Source of the DNA: Candidatus Levyibacteriota bacterium
GTDB taxonomy: Bacteria; Patescibacteriota; Microgenomatia; Levybacterales; UBA12049
Direction: 5' to 3'
Length of the DNA: 24,963 nt
Assembly: GCA_903872785.1 (NCBI GenBank)
Contig: CAIQLZ010000022.1
Span: 1 to 24,963 of the forward strand
Both the position numbers and the translations under genes were made by a program. Positions 7,961 through 14,846 of the stretch are shown in pieces; the first letter of the stretch is position 1, and every line of letters starts with the position of its first letter. The notes beneath the pieces are model-generated. The model searched no databases, was not told the origin of the DNA, and worked only from the letters and a program-made list of their open reading frames with translations.

Positions 7961-8944
7961 ATGAAGATTCCGCCTGTGTACACCATTTCTGATCAAATGC
8001 TTTCTTATATTACGAAAATTGAAGCGGAACGTTTATATTTTTCCTCATTAAATCTCACAGAAGAGCTAAAAGGAAGTATCCAAAGGGCAAGTCTTCTAAA
8101 AAGTTCACTTTTTTCAGCCAGAATTGAAGGAAGTTCGCTTGAAATATCTGATTTTGAATTTAGCAATGAAACCGAAGAAGAAAAGAAAAAAGGAGTATTT
8201 AATATTATAAAGGCGATAAACTTTATCGATAAAGGTATCAAAATAAATGTTCTTTCAAAGGATATTGTTTTACAGCTCCATTCGTTAACTTTGAAAGATA
8301 TTGATCCGGATGCAGGGCGTTTTCGTTCGGAAATAAGTGCAATTTTTAATCAGGCAGGAGTAGCTGTTTATATGCCTCCTCCGCCAACGCAAATATCAAA
8401 ATTATTGGATAACCTCCTGGCCTATGTAAATTCAGAACAAAAGTTTCCTCTTGTTGTGGCTTTTGTTGCTCATCTGGTATTTGAGAAAATTCATCCATTT
8501 TTAGATGGAAACGGTCGGGTTGGCAGACTATTGATTCCAGTTATTTTGAAATCAAAGGGATGGGATTTTTCTTTGGCTGTGCCTTTTGAAGAATATCTGG
8601 ATGAACATAAAGATGAATATTATTTCTATTTAGATCAAGGTTTGGAAAACACCAATAATTATCTTGAATTCATGCTTGAAGCATTTTATAAGCAAATTGA
8701 GGAAATAAAAAATCAAATTAATGAAGAGAGGGCTAAAGAAGCGCATCCATTTCTCCCTCCCCGTCAGGAAGAGATACTGAATATTATTAAAGATCAGATT
8801 ATAGTTTCTTTTGACATGATCAGAAGGCGTTTTATCCAAGTTCCAGAAAGAACACTCAGATATGATTTAAAAAAACTTCTTGATCGGAAAATGATTGAAA
8901 AATCCGGCGAAACTAGGGGGAGATATTATAGGATAAGAAAATAA
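7961..8944 (+). CDS. Fic-domain protein with N-terminal inhibitory motif and C-terminal winged-helix HTH
   Basis: Canonical HPFLDGNGRVGR; SARIEG matches the (S/T)xxxE(G/N) inhibitory motif N-terminal to the active site (class II layout); C-terminal ERTLRYDLKKL...GRYY resembles a DeoR-like wHTH. Confidence 0.92.
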   Translation: MKIPPVYTISDQMLSYITKIEAERLYFSSLNLTEELKGSIQRASLLKSSLFSARIEGSSLEISDFEFSNETEEEKKKGVFNIIKAINFIDKGIKINVLSKDIVLQLHSLTLKDIDPDAGRFRSEISAIFNQAGVAVYMPPPPTQISKLLDNLLAYVNSEQKFPLVVAFVAHLVFEKIHPFLDGNGRVGRLLIPVILKSKGWDFSLAVPFEEYLDEHKDEYYFYLDQGLENTNNYLEFMLEAFYKQIEEIKNQINEERAKEAHPFLPPRQEEILNIIKDQIIVSFDMIRRRFIQVPERTLRYDLKKLLDRKMIEKSGETRGRYYRIRK

Positions 8945-8947
8945 AAA

Positions 8948-8959
8948 AACCACTTGGTT
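8948..8959 (-). terminator. Weak hairpin followed by a U-tract on the minus strand in the fic / HD-gene convergent gap
   Basis: Minus strand AACC-AAGT-GGTT then a run of T; only a 4-bp stem. Confidence 0.25.
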
Positions 8960-8965
8960 CTAGGT

Positions 8966-9649
8966 TTAAATATTATAAATAAGCTTTAATTGCTTGATGG
9001 CATTATTTATCTGTTCCGACAAATAGTGCGTTTCAGCGGGATATTTATTATATGCTTTTTTAAAAATGGGCATCAGAATTTCCTTTGTTTCACGGATCTT
9101 TTTCTCCGGAGTCTCCTGTCCTTCTTTGGGATAAAAAGTTCTTAGATTATCCAGTCTATCTGCCATTTTAACTAGTAATGCCTCTTCTGGGCCATCTTCT
9201 AAGCGTTTATACTTTATTGTTTTTGCCTGAGCTTTATTTTTTACAATTTTACCATCAACATAAGGTTCTGTTACGTAAAACACTATCTCTGCAGTTTCAG
9301 GATAGAAGATTTTTGAAATTCTATGAAAACTGTGAATATCAAACGCTCTAGCTGTCATTTCGGTCGGATTTCCGAAAAGAGACGTATCTTCCAATGTATC
9401 ATGCAGTAAAACTCCACAAATAATAGAAGGATTGGTAATTTTGCATTCATCAATCAATATTAAGCTTGCTCTTCTAGGATGCTCAAAATATCTTTCCCCA
9501 CTTATTCTTTTTTGTTCCCTATGGGCGGCTTTGGAAAGTTGATAAGCGGTTTCAATCTTATCTTTTTCACCTTCGGGCAAAGCTTTAATTCTAGCTTGAA
9601 AAGTATCCCAAGTTTCTTTTTGAACAGGATGTTCTTCTTCAGATGACAT
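8966..9649 (-). CDS. Stand-alone RelA/SpoT-type HD-domain hydrolase (small alarmone hydrolase / Mesh1-like)
   Basis: AYQLSKAAH, QKRISGERYFEHP, LLHDTLED, VKMADRLDN; no synthetase domain; TGGTAAAAT-6 nt-ATG with TTGCTC -35 at 17 bp. Confidence 0.88.
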   Translation of the reverse strand: MSSEEEHPVQKETWDTFQARIKALPEGEKDKIETAYQLSKAAHREQKRISGERYFEHPRRASLILIDECKITNPSIICGVLLHDTLEDTSLFGNPTEMTARAFDIHSFHRISKIFYPETAEIVFYVTEPYVDGKIVKNKAQAKTIKYKRLEDGPEEALLVKMADRLDNLRTFYPKEGQETPEKKIRETKEILMPIFKKAYNKYPAETHYLSEQINNAIKQLKLIYNI

Positions 9650-9706
9650 GACGGGATTTTACCAGAAAAAGGATTGAAGAGCAAACTATAAGCTATTAAG
9701 ATGATT

Positions 9707-9727
9707 ATTAATTTAACCTCAAAATTG
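9707..9727 (+). repeat. Copy 2 of 21-bp direct repeat (ATTAATTTAACCTCAAAATTG)
   Basis: 18/21 identical to 12254-12274 by eye alignment. Confidence 0.65.
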
Positions 9728-9835
9728 GTTTTTTGTGGAGTTTTAAATAAATTAATTTTAGTAAATTTGCAAATAAAACTATTAGCCTGGATGAAGTATC
9801 GGCAGAAGGTATGGTTAATTATGATTATGCCTAAA

Positions 9836-10309
9836 TTATTTTTTGTTGGAGGATTGGATTTTCTTAATTAGCTGGTCTACTTTGTTTTTAATTTTAGAAA
9901 ATGTTTTTTCTGAATTTTCTATTAATTCAATTTCAGCTTCTTTGTTTAATTTTTTCCCGTTAAGATTAACATTGTCAAAGTCAGGTATATCCCATATCTC
10001 GTACTTATTTCCCATGGGGTAATTTTTTGATTTGCATATATTATAATTATCTATGCTCATAAAAATTATATAATCATAGTTTTTCAAAGTTTGATATTCT
10101 GTATTTTTCCAAGAATAACTCATAAAGGATGTTAGTATGTTTCTTTGAAGAATTCTTTGGGCATACCAAGTGATCGGCCCTTTGAGTTGAGCAGAAGCCT
10201 TAGTTCCGCTCGAAGATACTGAAAGATTAGGTATTTGTTTTGATTTTAGGTATACTTCTGCAAGACGGCTTCTATAAATATTTCCGGTACAGACAAAATG
10301 TATTTTCAT
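9836..10309 (-). CDS. Low-molecular-weight protein phosphatase / ArsC-like family protein
   Basis: P-loop FVCTGNIYRSRLAE (CX5R), SSSGT, DYIIFM, WDIPD; the second P-loop Cys is replaced by Tyr. Confidence 0.88.
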   Translation of the reverse strand: MKIHFVCTGNIYRSRLAEVYLKSKQIPNLSVSSSGTKASAQLKGPITWYAQRILQRNILTSFMSYSWKNTEYQTLKNYDYIIFMSIDNYNICKSKNYPMGNKYEIWDIPDFDNVNLNGKKLNKEAEIELIENSEKTFSKIKNKVDQLIKKIQSSNKK

Positions 10310-10365
10310 GTTGTTAGGATTATAGCATTATGGAGTAAATGCGATTATAGTGTTATTTGTCATTG

Positions 10366-10386
10366 AGAAAATTAGTCTCAAAATCT
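10366..10386 (+). repeat. Copy 3 of 21-bp direct repeat (AGAAAATTAGTCTCAAAATCT), inside the dyad TTGAGA-AAATTAG-TCTCAA (10363-10381)
   Basis: 17/21 identical to 12254-12274; perfect 6-bp inverted arms around a 7-bp spacer. Confidence 0.7.
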
Positions 10387-10522
10387 CTCCTTTATCCAGC
10401 CCCGCAAAGATTTATATAGTTTAAGAATTGAAGCTAAGTTTGTGTGTAAAAAGTCCGAACATCATTCATTGCGCGGAGTCAAATAGGGCTATAACTCTAA
10501 ACTGGCCTAGACCGTGACGGGG

Positions 10523-10543
10523 AGCAAATTAGCCTCAGAAATT
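10523..10543 (+). repeat. Copy 4 of 21-bp direct repeat (AGCAAATTAGCCTCAGAAATT)
   Basis: GGAGCAAATTAGCCTCAGAAATT versus GGAGTAAATTAGCCTCAAAATT at 12252-12273. Confidence 0.75.
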
Positions 10544-10567
10544 ACAGTCGGAGTCCAAGTATTTGTA

Positions 10568-11360
10568 TTATTGACATTGGTTGTTGGAGTAAATACATCC
10601 AGCGTTATTACATTCGGATTTACCATTAATATTTGCGCATCCCCCGCAAGCAACTTTGGAGTTCACATATGTATCAGTTGAGTCAAACCATGATGCGCAA
10701 ACTCCTCCTCCCGCGCACTCAGGGTGCCATTTGCAATTGCTTGCCGCATCACAGCCACTTTTAGTTTTTACACTGTTGCACGTACATGACGGGTCAACGA
10801 AAGAATTCTCTTCACATCTACCGCAATTACTATCAATCCTGCAGCCACTACCCTGTTTATTGCAGGCATTTACTCCAATTATGTTTCCGCATCCCCCGCA
10901 AGCTACCTTAGTATTTGCTATCAACGATGCGCAAGCTCCTCCGCCTGCACATTCGGAACGCCACTCACAAGAAACTGCTCTATCACAACCACTTTTACTT
11001 TTAACACTGGCACATGTACAAGATGGGTCAGGAACAGTTGGATCCTCACATCTACCGCAATTACTGTCAATAAAACAACCGCTTCCCATCTTATTACAGG
11101 TATCTGTTCCAATGATGTTTTGACATCCGCCACAGGCTCCCTTAGAACTTTCTCCAACTACCGCACAAGCTCCTCCTCCGGCACATTCGGAACGCCATTC
11201 ACAGGAAGCTGCCGTATTACAGTCACCTTCACCTTTGATAGTATCGCATGAACATGCCGGATCATACGGGGCAGTTACGTCTTCACATTTACCGCAGTCG
11301 CTCCAATAACTGCAGCCATTTTTGATACATGACGTTTCTCCTATAAGAGATGTGCATTTT
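10568..11360 (-). repeat. Intragenic Cys-rich repeats (about 3.3 units; 234 and 252 bp periods)
   Basis: CGGC-encoding anchors at 10637-10648, 10889-10900 and 11123-11134. Confidence 0.85.
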
Positions 11361-12121
11361 ATTAAGCCGGCAAACGGATTGGTAAATATTTTTTGCCACC
11401 ATGGTTTGGTTATGGATTCAGTTATTCCACCGTTTCTATTTACGTTTAAGACAACCGTATTCGATATCGAGATTAATCCAAGTATTTTATTCTGTATTTC
11501 ACCTTTAACGGTAATATTTTTACCATCAGTGCCTGTAGTAATTGTTGGGTTAGTTAGGGTTATTCCCATATTGTTTACTATCTGTTTTATCTTGGTTGGG
11601 GGAAGCGGTGCGCTTGTAGGTTGCGGTGTCGGAGTCAGAGCGGTCGGATGTGGCCATTGATTAGGTTGCGGTGTTACCGTTGCAGTTGGGAAAGTTGGCC
11701 ATTGATTAGGTTGCGGTGTCGGAGTCAGAGCGGTCGGATGTGGCCATTGATTAGGTTGCGGTGTCGGAGTCAGAGTGGTCGGATGTGGCCATTGATTAGG
11801 TTGCGGTGTTACCGTTGCAGTTGGGAAAGTTGGCCATTGGTTGGGTTTCGAGGTAGGAGCCGGCGTTGCTTGGACAGTATATATTACTTGAGTTGGTATC
11901 TTAGGGTTAACGTTGAGTAGTGTTTGAAGGCTTGATAAAAGTGAACCTGAGGAGGTTTGAGTTCCAAGTACGAACCTGCCGCATTTTCCTAAAGAAACCC
12001 TGCCAATTATAAAGCCGACAAGAATAAAAAAAACAATCCCTAATGCATACGTCAATACACGGATAAATATTGATCTCTTCGCAGATTTAGGGACCGATGG
12101 CTGAACATTTTCAGCGTCCAT
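10568..12121 (-). CDS. Membrane-anchored surface protein: TM anchor, Pro/Thr repeat stalk, KPWW-ending globular segment, Cys-rich tandem repeats
   Basis: N-terminal hydrophobic helix (LTYALGIVFFILVGFIIG); five 15-aa repeats; 40 Cys in the C-terminal ~260 aa in 78-84 aa units. Confidence 0.9.
   Translation of the reverse strand: MDAENVQPSVPKSAKRSIFIRVLTYALGIVFFILVGFIIGRVSLGKCGRFVLGTQTSSGSLLSSLQTLLNVNPKIPTQVIYTVQATPAPTSKPNQWPTFPTATVTPQPNQWPHPTTLTPTPQPNQWPHPTALTPTPQPNQWPTFPTATVTPQPNQWPHPTALTPTPQPTSAPLPPTKIKQIVNNMGITLTNPTITTGTDGKNITVKGEIQNKILGLISISNTVVLNVNRNGGITESITKPWWQKIFTNPFAGLIKCTSLIGETSCIKNGCSYWSDCGKCEDVTAPYDPACSCDTIKGEGDCNTAASCEWRSECAGGGACAVVGESSKGACGGCQNIIGTDTCNKMGSGCFIDSNCGRCEDPTVPDPSCTCASVKSKSGCDRAVSCEWRSECAGGGACASLIANTKVACGGCGNIIGVNACNKQGSGCRIDSNCGRCEENSFVDPSCTCNSVKTKSGCDAASNCKWHPECAGGGVCASWFDSTDTYVNSKVACGGCANINGKSECNNAGCIYSNNQCQ
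11618..11842 (-). repeat. Five tandem 45-bp intragenic repeats of two variants (PQPNQWP-TFPTATVT / PQPNQWP-HPTALTPT)
   Basis: Plus-strand units start at 11618, 11663, 11708, 11753 and 11798; near-identical at the nucleotide level. Confidence 0.95.
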
Positions 12122-12206
12122 ATACCTATATTAAGTAAATCACAACAACAGTTTAATTGCAAAACATCATTTAATTCAGGCTGTTCCCAAACATAAAAGA
12201 CCGTTA

Positions 12207-12249
12207 AGAACTTTATTTTGTATAAATAAGTTCTAGCGTCGCTCGCTAG
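12207..12249. other. Two abutting hairpins immediately left of repeat copy 5
   Basis: AGAACTTTATTT-TGTAT-AAATAAGTTCT (one bulge, 12207-12234) and CTAGCG-TCGCT-CGCTAG (12233-12249). Confidence 0.6.
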
Positions 12250-12253
12250 GCGG

Positions 12254-12274
12254 AGTAAATTAGCCTCAAAATTG
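12254..12274 (+). repeat. Copy 5 of 21-bp direct repeat (AGTAAATTAGCCTCAAAATTG)
   Basis: Reference copy; right boundary of the accessory block. Confidence 0.75.
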
Positions 12275-12295
12275 ACTTTTGCATAAAACTTTAAT

Positions 12296-12324
12296 TTGTA
12301 ATTTATTCTTAAACTTCCTATACT
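12296..12324 (+). promoter_or_regulatory. sigma70 promoter, leaderless, for the Clp-like ATPase
   Basis: TTGTAA (12296-12301), 17 bp, TATACT (12319-12324), 6 nt, ATG. Confidence 0.7.
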
Positions 12325-12330
12325 GAATCT

Positions 12331-14796
12331 ATGCTGTTGCCAGTTCAGTTTTTGAAATTTTGGTTTATAGATTCCCCAAGGAATTTAATTGCTTTTTTCA
12401 ATTCTTTAAATAACGCTTTTTTGCAATTATGTTCCCTTCCTCTTTTGCTTAAAACCTATTTTAAGCCCTGGAAAAACGAATATCGGGAAGGACTGGTTGG
12501 ATTCTCAATCGGAATGGGAATATTCATAAAAACATTTGTTATTGCTGTCGATGTAGTTCTCTGTCTGCTTCTTTTAATTGCTGAGCTTTGTGCAGTTGTT
12601 GGTTTTATTTTTCTGCCGTTTATAACTGTTTTCTCAGTTTTTTATTCCCCTTTTTCCAGGGACTGTCTTTTTCCCGTTTCACTTATTTTTGTTCTTTTTA
12701 TTTTTCTATCTTTTAAGCCCAAAAAAAGCTTTTCTGAAATTGTTGCATCTGAAAAACAGGTTGTAAATATTGTTAAATTTTTACTCAAACAAAAAGAAAT
12801 AAATTTTCTTTTGAAAAAAGCCGATATAAAAAAGGAAGAAGTAAATTTGATCGAAGCGCAGAAAGATACGACTATTGATAGCCCTTTAGATTTTTTTGCA
12901 AGTTATTTGTTCTTAACGGAAGAACAAACAGGGATATTATTTAAAAAAAAGCTTAAAAAAGAAGATCTGTTGAATATCGTATATTGGTCAAAAACGAAAT
13001 TTAAGGATGAAGAAAAGCCGTTTAGAGCTAGTTTTTTCGGAGAGGGATTCGCGGAAGCTTGGACCTGCGGATGGACACTGGAAACCAAAAAATACATGGT
13101 TGACTTAACCCCCGAGATATTTAATGAAAAACCACTTCTTTTAGGCCGGCAAAATGAATATGGGCAATTATGGACTGCTCTGGCAGAAAAGAAAAGCGTA
13201 ATTTTGGTAGGAGAACCTGGAAGCGGCAAAAGCAACTTAATTAAGGCACTCTCTTTCGAGAGTTTTTCCAGCGATTTAAAAGATTTTCATCACCAAAGAA
13301 TTTTTAAATTATACGTAGATACGCTTTTAGCAGGGGCAGAAAACCAGGGAGAGATTGAAAAACGCCTTGATGGGATTATCGCGGAGATTGCACATTCCGG
13401 CAATGTAATTATCTATATTGCTGATTTTGAAAATATCTTGGGATCATCGTCGTTTAAGATTGATTTATCGGGAGTGCTGATTCCTTATCTTAAAAATAAA
13501 TCCATAAGGATAATAGGAACTGCGACAAAAGGTTCGTATAAAAAATTTATTGAAAATTCAGCAAGTGTTTCCGATGTTTTTGAAACTATAAAATTGGAAG
13601 AACCGGATCGGAACACATTGTTCGAAATGCTTTTGGATAAAGCATCTTCCATAGAAAAAAGGATGAAAGTAGAACTTTCCTACAGAGCTATTCTTTCGGC
13701 AATTAATTTGGCAAACAAATATCTTGTTGACAGAGTATTGCCGGGTGCAGGGGTCGCGCTTTTGGAAGATACGGCAAATGAGGTCAGGCTTTCGGGGAGA
13801 AAAAAAGTTTTGGAAAACGATGTTATTAAAAGAGTTGAAGAAAAAACAAATATAATCTTAGGTGTTCCAACGGCAGAAGAGAAAAAACTCTTACTGAGTC
13901 TTGAAGAAAAAATGCATGAAAGCCTTGTGGATCAGATAGAAGCAGTAGGAGGTATTGCCGAGGGTATGCGCAGAATCCGGTCCGGACTTAAATCCGAAGC
14001 AAAGCCCATTTCTTTTCTTTTTCTGGGCCCGACAGGGGTCGGAAAAACTCAAACTGCAAAAACTCTTTCCAATCTGTATTTCAATGGAGAAAAAAACATG
14101 ATCAGATTTGATATGAGCGAATATCTCTTCAGTGCGGGAGTCGATAGATTCATAGGTTGTGGTATGGGTTCGGAAAATGAAGGAATTGCGGGAAAAATCC
14201 ATGAGAATCCAAGTTCACTGATTTTGCTTGACGAATTTGAGAAAGCAGATCCTGCAATTCATAATCTCTTTTTACAAATTTTGGATGACGGTAGACTTAC
14301 GGATAAAAACGGCAAAACCGTTTCTTTTGCAAATGCGATTATTGTTGCAACCTCAAATGCGGGATCTGAATTTATACGGGAAGAAATAGAGAAGGGGTCG
14401 GTTATTGATAAAAATTTTAAAGATAAATTTTTGGGTCATCTTCTTTACAAAAATATTTTCAGGCCGGAACTTCTAAATAGATTTGATGACATTGTGATTT
14501 TTAAGCCCTTGGACATGATTGAAATAATTCAAATTACAAATTTATTGCTCAAGGATGTTTCAAAGGGGCTTTTGGAAAAAGATATTAGCGTAGTTTTTGA
14601 TGAAAAGGTTGTTTCGAAAGTAGCAAAAGAGGGGTTTGATGAGCAATTCGGCGCCAGGCCTCTTAGAAGATTTATTCAAAGTAAAATCGAAAACCTTTTA
14701 GCTCAGAAAATACTGAGAGAAGAAGTAAAAAGAGGAAACAAAGTTAATGTTACTGTAGATGCCTCAAATGAGATCCAAATAACTGTTGTTAGTTAA
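12331..14796 (+). CDS. ClpA/ClpB-like (Hsp100) double AAA+ ATPase with N-terminal membrane domain
   Basis: GEPGSGKS (D1), GPTGVGKT, RFDMSEY, LLDEFEKA, GRLTD, RPELLNRFD, GARPLRR (D2); hydrophobic N-terminal ~130 aa. No clpA/B/C symbol assigned because of the atypical architecture. Confidence 0.88.
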   Translation: MLLPVQFLKFWFIDSPRNLIAFFNSLNNAFLQLCSLPLLLKTYFKPWKNEYREGLVGFSIGMGIFIKTFVIAVDVVLCLLLLIAELCAVVGFIFLPFITVFSVFYSPFSRDCLFPVSLIFVLFIFLSFKPKKSFSEIVASEKQVVNIVKFLLKQKEINFLLKKADIKKEEVNLIEAQKDTTIDSPLDFFASYLFLTEEQTGILFKKKLKKEDLLNIVYWSKTKFKDEEKPFRASFFGEGFAEAWTCGWTLETKKYMVDLTPEIFNEKPLLLGRQNEYGQLWTALAEKKSVILVGEPGSGKSNLIKALSFESFSSDLKDFHHQRIFKLYVDTLLAGAENQGEIEKRLDGIIAEIAHSGNVIIYIADFENILGSSSFKIDLSGVLIPYLKNKSIRIIGTATKGSYKKFIENSASVSDVFETIKLEEPDRNTLFEMLLDKASSIEKRMKVELSYRAILSAINLANKYLVDRVLPGAGVALLEDTANEVRLSGRKKVLENDVIKRVEEKTNIILGVPTAEEKKLLLSLEEKMHESLVDQIEAVGGIAEGMRRIRSGLKSEAKPISFLFLGPTGVGKTQTAKTLSNLYFNGEKNMIRFDMSEYLFSAGVDRFIGCGMGSENEGIAGKIHENPSSLILLDEFEKADPAIHNLFLQILDDGRLTDKNGKTVSFANAIIVATSNAGSEFIREEIEKGSVIDKNFKDKFLGHLLYKNIFRPELLNRFDDIVIFKPLDMIEIIQITNLLLKDVSKGLLEKDISVVFDEKVVSKVAKEGFDEQFGARPLRRFIQSKIENLLAQKILREEVKRGNKVNVTVDASNEIQITVVS

Positions 14797-14807
14797 TCAT
14801 TGGGCGG

Positions 14808-14836
14808 TTGAAGCTTTGAATCGAATCTGGTATACT
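14808..14836 (+). promoter_or_regulatory. sigma70 promoter of nusA
   Basis: TTGAAG (14808-14813), 17 bp, TATACT (14831-14836) with TGn extension; 10 nt before ATG. Confidence 0.7.
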
Positions 14837-14846
14837 TACCACTATT

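Noticed and set aside
11618-11842. CRISPR-like appearance (constant GGCCATTGATTAGGTTGCGGTGT separated by ~22-bp variable parts)
   Set aside because: The variable parts recur as two types, the period is a multiple of 3 inside an ORF, and there are no cas genes or leader.
11621-11920. 99-aa repetitive plus-strand ORF and other antisense ORFs over the Cys-rich gene
   Set aside because: Shadow frames produced by the repeats and the codon bias of the real minus-strand gene.
7889-12274. Classical integron, prophage, IS or DGR
   Set aside because: No integrase, transposase, reverse transcriptase or phage gene, no long attC-type hairpins, and no adenine-specific TR/VR pair were seen.
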